Of a stretch of DNA of 64,000 bases, positions 53,269 to 61,696 are shown one piece after another. The translations under genes and the position numbers were made by a program. Under the pieces are notes generated by a model. The model was not told the DNA's origin. It saw nothing but the letters and a program-made list of their open reading frames with translations, and did no database searches. The stretch comes from a virus, in the IMG/VR virus record IMGVR_UViG_3300009008_000005, positions 32,001-96,000 of that record, one strand, 5' to 3'. The stretch's first letter is position 1. Every line of letters starts with the position of its first letter.

Positions 53269-54164
53269 ATCACTAAGGAGGGTTGTGCTTCCTTCAACCT
53301 AAAGGCTAGCTTCATGAAGTGCCCAGGTGAGGACTTCTTCACCTTCAGCTGCTTCTTCTTGTCAAAGTGTCTCTTCGCAAACATCCCAGTGCCAATACTA
53401 CCGACCAATGAGGGTAAGAGACTTGAAGCATACGTCCCGAAGGCCGCTGCCAATGGACGATACTTCCGGATCTTCTTGAACTTCGCCGGACCTACCGCCT
53501 TGCGCAGCTTCCGCAGACCTCTGAGAGAAGCTCTACCCTCTTCCCATGCTACCGTTGCAGCTGGGATAGATGTGGCTGCGGTGATACCGCCTGCCGTAAG
53601 AGCCTTCTGCTTGTCTGTCATCTTGTCCGTAGCACCGAGACCTATGAGTGCGGCACCTTGAATGGCCCCCATAGGGAGCCTCCCTAGTGCACCTGTGTTG
53701 AACTTCTGGTAGATCTTTGAGGGTAGCGCACGTCCTCCCAAGTGCCCAAGCTCATGGGAGTAAAGAGCCGGAGAAGGTCCAGTAACGACGGCACCTTTTT
53801 GCTTCGGACCCAGTAGAGACTTTACCTTCTTAGCGAAAGTAGCGATATCAGGGTCGGGATCCTTGCTGAAGTGGTCCACAGCCTCTCGGCTGTAAGAGAT
53901 GCCGCTGAGGGGTACCCCGGTGCTCTTCTCGAACTCCTTCGGGGTGAAGAACCTTACCCTGCCTTTAGGATCCATCTTTTGACGAATCTTTGTGAAGTCG
54001 GCCTCAGGGACAAGGTGATTCCCCATAGCAGCAAGGGACAGACCTCCGCCTGCCATCTGCGCCAATTCCCCTGCACCCAAGAAACCCGCTAGACCAAGAC
54101 CTACCTGCCTAGCGCCAGCCTCATCATCGGAGATGAGTTTTTTCTTTTTCCTGCCCCAGGCCAT
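53265..54164 (-). CDS. Zincin metallopeptidase with hydrophobic Gly-rich segments
   Basis: HELGH plus downstream WEEGRAS third-ligand motif. Confidence 0.75.
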   Translation of the reverse strand: MAWGRKKKKLISDDEAGARQVGLGLAGFLGAGELAQMAGGGLSLAAMGNHLVPEADFTKIRQKMDPKGRVRFFTPKEFEKSTGVPLSGISYSREAVDHFSKDPDPDIATFAKKVKSLLGPKQKGAVVTGPSPALYSHELGHLGGRALPSKIYQKFNTGALGRLPMGAIQGAALIGLGATDKMTDKQKALTAGGITAATSIPAATVAWEEGRASLRGLRKLRKAVGPAKFKKIRKYRPLAAAFGTYASSLLPSLVGSIGTGMFAKRHFDKKKQLKVKKSSPGHFMKLAFRLKEAQPSLVM

Positions 54165-54985
54165 TAGTCCCTGAACCTACCTACGTGAGAGTCGAAGTAG
54201 CCCTTCAGGTCGTTCTCACGAGCCTTCATGTTCATCGTTGGCTTGAGCCGTCCGGAGGAGATCTCCTTCTTTAGGAACTTCGCCCTGTCCTCATTCGAGG
54301 ACAGATTGTAGAGCTTGCGAGCCAGAGGATCCTTCAAACCCTTCCTGATAGAATCTCCGGCCTTGTAGGGAGAGCCTCCCTGGGCCTGGTGGGCGATGTA
54401 GTTCAAGCCTGACATACGCCCGACACGCTGCTTCCGAAGTGCAGACACCTGATCACGGATATGTGGCGCAATGAGCTTTCGGCCTTCCCGACGACCTTCC
54501 CTACGCTTCTTCTTCCCCAGGTGTGATCCTGCAAAACCACCTGCAGCTCCACCAAGGATTGAGAGCGCACCAGCAGCACCTCCGCCTATCCGCTTCTTCA
54601 GGAGCTGTGGTAGGGCCCAGCCCGCTACACCTCCACCCATAAGACCTAGCGCACCCATCCTACCGCCACGGATGTACTTCTTGTGGGCGTCCTTGTACTC
54701 CTGGGAAGACGTAGTCTTCTTGGACTGCTCACGCAGAGCCTCTAGGTGGTCAGCAGGTGACATCTTAGCAGAGTTCTTTTCGATGTATTCCTTACGCTTC
54801 TTCCGCCAAGCCTTCCCCTTCGCATCCTTCCGATAGGCTGCGAAAAGCGGAGCTTTACTGTTCAGGGCGTTATTCTTTTTCGCAAAAGCTGCTGCAGCTC
54901 GCACCTTCGGGTCCTTGGACTTTGAAGGCATAAGCTGGTCCTTTGCCTTCTCCAAAGCTCCCCTGGTCTCGTGCTTCAAACTCAT
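54164..54985 (-). CDS. Basic glycine-zipper protein
   Basis: GALGLMGGGVAG..GAAGALSILGGAAGGFAG. Confidence 0.7.
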   Translation of the reverse strand: MSLKHETRGALEKAKDQLMPSKSKDPKVRAAAAFAKKNNALNSKAPLFAAYRKDAKGKAWRKKRKEYIEKNSAKMSPADHLEALREQSKKTTSSQEYKDAHKKYIRGGRMGALGLMGGGVAGWALPQLLKKRIGGGAAGALSILGGAAGGFAGSHLGKKKRREGRREGRKLIAPHIRDQVSALRKQRVGRMSGLNYIAHQAQGGSPYKAGDSIRKGLKDPLARKLYNLSSNEDRAKFLKKEISSGRLKPTMNMKARENDLKGYFDSHVGRFRD

Positions 54986-54987
54986 AG

Positions 54988-55350
54988 CTACTCCTTAGGG
55001 GCAGCGGTACCCTCACCTGTTGCACCAACACCCGGTGCCCGTGCGACTGCCGCACCAAGGAGGACTTCGACCTGCTTGTCTGTGAGCTTGGGATACTCCG
55101 CCTTCACCGCAGCGATGGCGACCTTCGCCTTCTCCTCACCAGAGGGCTTAGACTCAGGGGCTTCCTTGATCTTCCGTGCGGCCCACTCCTCTACGAAGTC
55201 CACGACAGTGGTGACCCACTGCATGATCTGCTCCTTCTCGATCTTGAGCTTGAGTTTCTTCGCCAGGGCCAGCAGTCCCCATGTAAGGGAAACAGCGATG
55301 AGTCCACCGATAAAAGGCAACATTTCGATGACATTCGTCTTCCAATCCAT
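54988..55350 (-). CDS. LL-H-family-like phage holin
   Basis: One TM, then VEE..SGEEK..A..A..QVEVLLGAAV pattern. Confidence 0.65.
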   Translation of the reverse strand: MDWKTNVIEMLPFIGGLIAVSLTWGLLALAKKLKLKIEKEQIMQWVTTVVDFVEEWAARKIKEAPESKPSGEEKAKVAIAAVKAEYPKLTDKQVEVLLGAAVARAPGVGATGEGTAAPKE

Positions 55351-55428
55351 AAGGACCTCCGTAGTTCAAGCCTAAAGAAAGGATACCCGGAACCCGGGGT
55401 TCGGCGCAAGATTCCTGGCATAAGAAGC

Positions 55429-55965
55429 ATGGAAGAAAACCTGGAGGTGTATATGGTAAGGCTTGAACAACTCGTCGAGGACTGCGTACGGCGCAACGTC
55501 ACCGAGATGAGTAGAAACATCCGGAACTCGTTTTTGATGAAGAGCGAGCTTGGAGAGAACGTGCTCCAAGACCTCGCACTCCTGGGTATCGTAGCAGAGG
55601 CCCATTGGGGTATCGCAGGGTTACGTGTCCACGTTCTCCGGCGAACACTCAATGGAGACATTCTGCAGGTTTACAGATACCATGGCGTCGTATCTAGGAA
55701 TGCTAACCTGGACGAAATCAACTGCCCTGAGGCCGGTGTAGCTGGGCACTACAACTGTGGTTGGTGCCCACGATGTGACACGGACCTGAATCGGTGTGTG
55801 TGCCCACGGAGCAGCCTAGGTGAGAGGAGTAGGTCACTGAGACGAGTCGAGATTAACCAACGCAAGGGTCGACTCTATGGACTCACGAGGGAACCTATGA
55901 CCTTCACGCTTCCGGCTCCGAACTACACGATGCCCAATGGAGTCCCGCTCGCCATGTGTATCTAA
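55429..55965 (+). CDS. Hypothetical protein with WCxxC..CxC Zn finger
   Basis: GWCPRCDTDLNRCVC; promoter upstream; start uncertain. Confidence 0.6.
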   Translation: MEENLEVYMVRLEQLVEDCVRRNVTEMSRNIRNSFLMKSELGENVLQDLALLGIVAEAHWGIAGLRVHVLRRTLNGDILQVYRYHGVVSRNANLDEINCPEAGVAGHYNCGWCPRCDTDLNRCVCPRSSLGERSRSLRRVEINQRKGRLYGLTREPMTFTLPAPNYTMPNGVPLAMCI

Positions 55966-56012
55966 AAAGGAGGGCGTGAGCCCTCCTGGAAGGGCTCTGC
56001 CCTTCTTACCCC

Positions 56013-56270
56013 TTAGAGAAAGGGGTGGTAGTTGCTTCCGTAGTTGTTCCAGTACATCTCTTCCTCCATCTCCTCGATGGTCAGCATGTTGCTGCCAGGC
56101 TGGGAGGAAACAGACGTCGAGCCCGGACCCCAAGAGCGGAGGATCCGACCCCCTGACTCCACAGGAGCCTTGTCCTTGGCCACCGACCCCGGGAACTTCA
56201 TCTTCTCCTTGAGGGTCTCCAAGTCACCCTCGGTCAGAGTGTGTTTCACCGCACCGACGATTCCGCTCAT
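56013..56270 (-). CDS. Hypothetical protein
   Basis: AGGAGG RBS; terminator downstream. Confidence 0.6.
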   Translation of the reverse strand: MSGIVGAVKHTLTEGDLETLKEKMKFPGSVAKDKAPVESGGRILRSWGPGSTSVSSQPGSNMLTIEEMEEEMYWNNYGSNYHPFL

Positions 56271-56284
56271 CCCTTTCCTCCTGA

Positions 56285-56299
56285 TATTTCGTTGAAATA
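56285..56299. repeat. Dispersed palindrome TATTTCGTTGAAATA upstream of the lysin
   Basis: Read directly. Confidence 0.85.
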
Positions 56300-56357
56300 C
56301 TTGTCGAACACCCCCATTCAGGGCTACACTTCCCTTATACCAGTAAGGAGGTGTCCA

Positions 56358-57395
56358 ATGGTTCTGAAGCGAGGTTCCAAGGGAACAGAGGTAGAAAACT
56401 TACAAGACATGCTCAACCGTGCTGGCTACTCCACAGGTATTCCGGACGGTGATTTTGGGCCAATCACGGAAGCCGCTGTAGAGGCGTTCCAGAAGAAGCA
56501 TGGGCTTACGCCTGATGGTATCGTAGGTAAGCACACCTTCACGATGCTGGAGTGTACGCTCAACCAATCCGAACTGCACATCACCGATGACATCGTGGAT
56601 ACCTTCCACGAGGCAGTGGCCCTTGAAGACCAGATGCCTATCACGGAGACGGACAAGCGGATGTCTGCGGCCATCAAGCTCATGCAGACCTGTGACAACG
56701 GCCAGGGTTGTAGGTACGGTGGGTGGCCAAACCCCTACCAGTTTGACAAAGACCCCTTCAAGGAAGGCGATGTGTTCCCACTTCCGAGGGTTAGCCGGAT
56801 CGTGGAGGGGACCAAAGTAGTCCAGCCTGCTCACGGTGGGACGTGCTCCCCTTGGGGTGGCCTATTCTTGGGCTGGTGGCTCTGCACCAACCAGGACTAC
56901 AACTTCCGGATCGGCCGCAACGCCAGGTGGATGGCTACATGGCCCCATGACAAGGTCTATAAGGGCCAGGTAATCCCAGGGTATGGAGACTACTCCGAGG
57001 TTGAAGGAGTTCTCCGTCTGGAACACCACCCGCTGAATCTCCTCTACAAGAGCTGGGAGTGGCTCAACCAGGTGAACATCGTCGAGATGTCTCACCACGT
57101 CATCCTTATCCTCAAGGTCGGAGGGGAAGACGGGCTGCACCTGGAAGATCCCTACCTCCCTGGGACACCCGTCAGGTCAGGTCTTTATAGGCTCGCCGCA
57201 GACGGATATTACCCCCGCAGGGAAGGTAAGAAGTTCTACTCCGGGACCAAGCAGACCTTCCGCCTCGTGAAGAAGGTCGAGAAGACCACACAAGCCTGGG
57301 ATGTCTACAGGATCGCAGACAACCACCCCGACGACTGCTGCCCCACCTCCGGCCCGTGGGCTGGTCGCACACCTAGGACCCTCGGCCTAGAGTAG
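56358..57395 (+). CDS. Peptidoglycan-binding-domain protein, putative endolysin with an unassigned Cys/His catalytic domain
   Basis: LKRGSKG.EV..LQ..L..GY..DGDFGP.TEAAV.AFQ..GL..DGIVG; GTCS and HHV motifs downstream. Confidence 0.75.
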   Translation: MVLKRGSKGTEVENLQDMLNRAGYSTGIPDGDFGPITEAAVEAFQKKHGLTPDGIVGKHTFTMLECTLNQSELHITDDIVDTFHEAVALEDQMPITETDKRMSAAIKLMQTCDNGQGCRYGGWPNPYQFDKDPFKEGDVFPLPRVSRIVEGTKVVQPAHGGTCSPWGGLFLGWWLCTNQDYNFRIGRNARWMATWPHDKVYKGQVIPGYGDYSEVEGVLRLEHHPLNLLYKSWEWLNQVNIVEMSHHVILILKVGGEDGLHLEDPYLPGTPVRSGLYRLAADGYYPRREGKKFYSGTKQTFRLVKKVEKTTQAWDVYRIADNHPDDCCPTSGPWAGRTPRTLGLE

Positions 57396-57482
57396 TCTCT
57401 CCGGCTTCCTCCGTCACTTCTAATCCCGCAGATTCTGGCATAAGAAGACTGTAAGGGATCACCACAAATACGGAGGAACCGA

Positions 57483-58505
57483 ATGCCAATACAGGAAGCA
57501 GTTCAATCATCGAACATGCCTGCGGGCGCAACGGTGGCTTACAAGAGGGCCATCGAACTGCGTGACACCCTCATCGCCAACGGCATGCTCCGCCGTGTCA
57601 ACCTCACCCCGGATACCGATCCGAGGCGAGAAGGCGACAACGTCGGACCAGAGACGAACATGTTCCGCAACATCTACCCTTGGGGGGTTCACGGGACCGT
57701 CTCTGGTGTCGAGACCTACTTCACCCTGCCTAAGCTCCACTTCTTCAGCGCCGATCACGGCATGGTGTCGGACTACCTTCAGGTCATCGTCCTGGACGAG
57801 CTGCAGGGTACGATCACCAGCAAGTATGACTCCCGATGTGGCTTCCGCATCATCGGTGAACAAACCGGCGAGGCTGAGTACGCACACATCCTGAGGGCCA
57901 TCCTGGAAGGCCGGAAGGTAACGTACTCCGCAGGTCGGCGGAAGATCACCATCATCGGACAGGGGTCCTCCCCGGAGAACGAGGATTCCCGGGCCACGAC
58001 AGAGAACTTCGAGCGGAATCTCGTCTGGGTGTCGAGTGACTGCAGCTCCATTATCCGCCTGAAGGCTCCGAACTTCAGCCTAACGCCGGGTCAGCCTCTC
58101 ACGAGACCGTGGGACCGTTACCTGTGCTACAATCGCATGAGCGACCTGCCGAGGTCACGTCTTCCCTCCGAAAGTACCCGCATCGTGGAGCCCTTCCTCG
58201 ACAACGCCATCCCTGGGCGCAAGGGCATCACCGACCATGGATTCCACTGGGTCTGCCTCCCGCTCGTGTCTTGGGACTTCTGTGGGGTGATCGAGACCGA
58301 GCGGAAGGTCGTCTACCTCTGGAACGACTCGACCCGCAGCTTCTACACCCTCAGTGATGCCGCCGTGGCAGCGCCGACCCCCACCACTCCCTTCGACTTC
58401 GCAGGGCTCTACTACTTCCTGCGAGGTGACATCAGAAACTGCTCCATCAGTGGGCCCAGCAGGGACGAGGGCTTCCTCATCTGGAAGAACAGGGGGATAA
58501 GATGA
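57483..58505 (+). CDS. Hypothetical protein (340 aa)
   Basis: Promoter, GGAGG RBS, GC3-rich codons. Confidence 0.75.
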   Translation: MPIQEAVQSSNMPAGATVAYKRAIELRDTLIANGMLRRVNLTPDTDPRREGDNVGPETNMFRNIYPWGVHGTVSGVETYFTLPKLHFFSADHGMVSDYLQVIVLDELQGTITSKYDSRCGFRIIGEQTGEAEYAHILRAILEGRKVTYSAGRRKITIIGQGSSPENEDSRATTENFERNLVWVSSDCSSIIRLKAPNFSLTPGQPLTRPWDRYLCYNRMSDLPRSRLPSESTRIVEPFLDNAIPGRKGITDHGFHWVCLPLVSWDFCGVIETERKVVYLWNDSTRSFYTLSDAAVAAPTPTTPFDFAGLYYFLRGDIRNCSISGPSRDEGFLIWKNRGIR

Positions 58506-59596
58506 ATACGAACATGAACCACGCCGAATTCCACAAGTTCGGCCACAACCTGCTCCGGTACCTCACCAACGCCGGGGTGATGGAGAGGCACGACAGCAAG
58601 TACCCGGTGCCGGGTCCCCAGGAGAACCTGACGAGAAGCCCGTTCATGTCGGAGAACAAACGGCTCTACGGGACCTTCGGGCGGGATAGGAACGGGGTGC
58701 AGTACTTCATCCTCCCGATGTGCACCGTGAAGGACAAGAACGCAGGTTGGAGCCACGCCAACATGCCCGGGTTCATCCAGCTCTTCGTCTTCGACACGCC
58801 CGAATCCCCGCTCGACTGTGCGAGGTTCGACCCCAAGTACGGATACCGCATCCTCGTCGGGCACAACGACCTGTACACCCACGATGACATCTGGGATCTG
58901 GTGGACGTCCTGTCCCTGGGTGGGCAGATGCGCTTTCCTGTCCAGGATGGAAGCATCACGATCGAGAAGTACCTCAAGGAAACGTCGTCGCTGAAGGCGA
59001 AGAAGCCCGTCCTGAAGAAAGGTACGCCGGGGCTGAAGAAGACGAAGGTGCCTGAGATGACGCAGGAGGAGAAGGATGCGGACGAGTACCGGCGTCAGTA
59101 TGAGTTCTTCGCACACCGGAAGAACGAGGTCTACCCGCCCCCGCCCGAGCCCGAAGACGTCCGGGCGTACACCGAGCTTCGGGGGACACTGAGGGACAAC
59201 GTCCCCGACCGCCTCAAGCGGCTCGTCTTCCGTGTCTCCGACATCCTGCCTCCGCTCGGTGAGTTCCACGTGGGCGACTTCCTGAAAACTCCTCCGAATG
59301 GCTTCGGGGAACACCCCAATGGGAGTTCCTCGCTGCTCGTGCTCCCACTGCTCGACGTCACCGAACCCACCGGGAAGTCCTGCTGGAAGAACCTGAAGGC
59401 GTTTGTGAAGTTCAACAACCGGCTGAACGGCGTCGAGTTCTTCTCCGACGACTCTGTGAAGCTGCGGTTCCTCACCCCGGGCGACATGACCGACCTCGAA
59501 CGGGTCCTCCGTGGGACCATCGTCGAGGGGAAGTGCCACGGACTGATCCGGGGCGTGAACACCGCACTGACCTACAAGCTCGCCACATCCCTCTAG
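58502..59596 (+). CDS. Hypothetical protein (364 aa)
   Basis: ATGA coupling; GC3-rich codons. Confidence 0.75.
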   Translation: MNTNMNHAEFHKFGHNLLRYLTNAGVMERHDSKYPVPGPQENLTRSPFMSENKRLYGTFGRDRNGVQYFILPMCTVKDKNAGWSHANMPGFIQLFVFDTPESPLDCARFDPKYGYRILVGHNDLYTHDDIWDLVDVLSLGGQMRFPVQDGSITIEKYLKETSSLKAKKPVLKKGTPGLKKTKVPEMTQEEKDADEYRRQYEFFAHRKNEVYPPPPEPEDVRAYTELRGTLRDNVPDRLKRLVFRVSDILPPLGEFHVGDFLKTPPNGFGEHPNGSSSLLVLPLLDVTEPTGKSCWKNLKAFVKFNNRLNGVEFFSDDSVKLRFLTPGDMTDLERVLRGTIVEGKCHGLIRGVNTALTYKLATSL

Positions 59597-59693
59597 ACCC
59601 GCCAGCTCCCTCCTAAAATGCAGCGTCCGCTGCATTTTTATTACCTAAAACCGGGCATAAGAACAGTAGAGACCAAACCACCGTGGAGGTGCA

Positions 59694-59981
59694 ATGAAGA
59701 AACGTCTCATTTTGACTGCGATCCTGCTTGCGCTGCTGATCCTTCTCAGCTGGATCTGGGGTGCATTCAGAGGTCCGCTCGAAGGCGCTGCCGCTGTCGG
59801 CCAGCTCACGGATGACACGACAACATACGTGGCATCCAGAGCTATGGCGGAGGGTCTCATCGGCAAGGTACTGTTTCTGGTCCTGCTCTGCGGGCTCGTG
59901 GTGATCTGGTTCACCCAGCTCAAGGAAGGGGCCGTCAAGTTGGCTGCGAAGATTCGTGGCCGGAGGAGGAATCTGAAGTGA
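59694..59981 (+). CDS. Two-TM membrane protein, partner of the SPFH gene
   Basis: Two hydrophobic segments; promoter and RBS. Confidence 0.7.
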   Translation: MKKRLILTAILLALLILLSWIWGAFRGPLEGAAAVGQLTDDTTTYVASRAMAEGLIGKVLFLVLLCGLVVIWFTQLKEGAVKLAAKIRGRRRNLK

Positions 59982-60994
59982 AGAAGTACATTCTGCTCGC
60001 CGCCGTGTTCTCCATCGTCATCGCCGGGTGCCTGGGGCCCGCCGAGGTGCAGCCGATCGAGGAGATCGGTGCGAACGAGACCGCCTTCGTCATCCCCCTG
60101 GAGGGTGCGTCGAAGGACTCCCAGGGTCGGTTCATGTCCGAAGAGTTCCTCCAGGAGAACAAGGTGGCGGGCAAGCGAGTCGTGATCCCGGTCCGCAAGC
60201 GCAAGATCGGCCGGGGGTGGTGGAATTACGAGTGGATCCCCACGATCAAGGTGATCCGGGTGGACCGCACCCCGATCACCATGCGAGTGGACATCCCCGT
60301 GGAGAGCCGGGAGAGCATCGGCTTCAAGGTGGGCGTGAACTTCACAGGCGTCATCGAGGAAGACAACGCCGCCACGTATCTGTACTGGTACAACATCAAG
60401 CCGTTGGCGGAGGTGATGCAGACCAACGTCTACGGGCTGTTCCAGAAGGAGCTGTCCGCAGGCTTCGGGAAGCTGACCATCGATGAGTGCCGGGAGCAGA
60501 AGATCGACGTGGTCAACGGAGCCTCCGAGACCGTCAAGACCTTCTTCGCAGGGAAGGGGATCACCATGCTCAACATCGGACAGGCGGAAGGCCTGACCTA
60601 TGTGAGCCAAGATCTCCAGGACTCCATCGACAACGCCTACATCGCCAACCGGAAGCTCGAACGGGCACAGGTCGATGCCGACACGGTGAAGATCCAGGCG
60701 GCAGGTGATGCGGCGGCGAAGATCGAGACTGCCAAGGGCGATGCGGAGGCTGTGCGAATCGCAGCCGCTGCTGAGGCAGAGGCGAACATCAAGGTCGCCG
60801 CCTCGATCACCCCGGAGTTGGCCCTCTGGCATGGCGTGAAGAAGTGGGGTGGCATGCTGCCGATCACCCTCATGCTGAGCGGCGGGATCGACGGGGGCTA
60901 TGACGAGGTGCTGGATATGAGCACCTTCATCCCCGACCACCAGCCGTCTCCCGCACAGCCGGAACCGGAACCGCTAGCAGGTGGCACCCTGTAG
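59978..60994 (+). CDS. SPFH/band-7 domain lipoprotein
   Basis: IAGC lipobox; AIDNAY..Ala-rich AxAEA coiled coil; YxxxxKWxGxLP end motif. Confidence 0.8.
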   Translation: MKKYILLAAVFSIVIAGCLGPAEVQPIEEIGANETAFVIPLEGASKDSQGRFMSEEFLQENKVAGKRVVIPVRKRKIGRGWWNYEWIPTIKVIRVDRTPITMRVDIPVESRESIGFKVGVNFTGVIEEDNAATYLYWYNIKPLAEVMQTNVYGLFQKELSAGFGKLTIDECREQKIDVVNGASETVKTFFAGKGITMLNIGQAEGLTYVSQDLQDSIDNAYIANRKLERAQVDADTVKIQAAGDAAAKIETAKGDAEAVRIAAAAEAEANIKVAASITPELALWHGVKKWGGMLPITLMLSGGIDGGYDEVLDMSTFIPDHQPSPAQPEPEPLAGGTL

Positions 60995-61020
60995 CGACCG
61001 GGTGAACCTGGCGTAACGAG

Positions 61021-61042
61021 AAAGGGGCTTCGGCCCCTTTTT
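61021..61042 (+). terminator. Rho-independent terminator
   Basis: AAAGGGGC-TTCG-GCCCCTTTTT. Confidence 0.8.
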
Positions 61043-61043
61043 A

Positions 61044-61053
61044 GGTATAAGAA
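61044..61053 (+). promoter_or_regulatory. GGTATAAGAA promoter motif
   Basis: Between a terminator and an RBS; same context at 61663, 59654, 57437 and 63275. Confidence 0.7.
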
Positions 61054-61078
61054 GATTGAACCCTAAATAGGAGGTGAC

Positions 61079-61624
61079 ATGGACTTCGAGGAACTTCGCA
61101 AAGACGTGGTCGGCACCATGCAGGTCCGACAACTCACACCAACAACGTCAGGTTTCGTCTTCCAGACGGAACCCCTCTACACGGACTACGAGGGAGTGCT
61201 CTACGACCTCGGAGCCATGACTGTGGACATCAACCTGAAGAATAGCATCGTGCGGGTGTCTTCGGACACTACTCCTGAGGGGGAGAGTCCACACCCCCAC
61301 GCAGATCCCTATGGCGTCCTAGACATGGGATACCACGGAATCGTCCTGTGGGAGTGTATCAGCAGCGGGGAATACAGGTCTGCTGTCCAGCTGCTCCTCG
61401 ATATCCTCACAAATATCACCGACGACATCACATACAGGTCCATAAAAGAGTGGCCCAAGATCGAACCGAACCCGGACGGGCTCAAAATGCTCCGTGTCAT
61501 CCAAGCCCTGGCGAACGTCACAGTGCAGGTCCAGCCTGCCGCCGTTTCACAGGAGGAGTGGGAGGCCATGAGCCGGTATGAGAAATCACAGTGGTGGCTC
61601 AACTGGGCGATGGAGCGGAGCTGA
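61079..61624 (+). CDS. Prokaryotic E2/UBC-fold-like protein lacking the catalytic Cys
   Basis: YDLGAMTVDI..PHPHADPYGVLDMG. Confidence 0.5.
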   Translation: MDFEELRKDVVGTMQVRQLTPTTSGFVFQTEPLYTDYEGVLYDLGAMTVDINLKNSIVRVSSDTTPEGESPHPHADPYGVLDMGYHGIVLWECISSGEYRSAVQLLLDILTNITDDITYRSIKEWPKIEPNPDGLKMLRVIQALANVTVQVQPAAVSQEEWEAMSRYEKSQWWLNWAMERS

Positions 61625-61627
61625 GGG

Positions 61628-61661
61628 AAAAGGTACGGGCCCGTAGGGGCCCTACCTTTTT
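61628..61661 (+). terminator. Rho-independent terminator
   Basis: AAAAGGTA-CGGGCCC-GTAG-GGGCCC-TACCTTTTT. Confidence 0.75.
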
Positions 61662-61696
61662 AGGTATAAGAAGAGTAGTCAATCAGGAGGAAGCAC

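Noticed and set aside
58412-60940. Long minus-strand ORFs 58412-59635 and 59645-60940
   Set aside because: Antisense shadows of GC3-rich plus-strand genes that have promoters, RBSs and recognisable domains.
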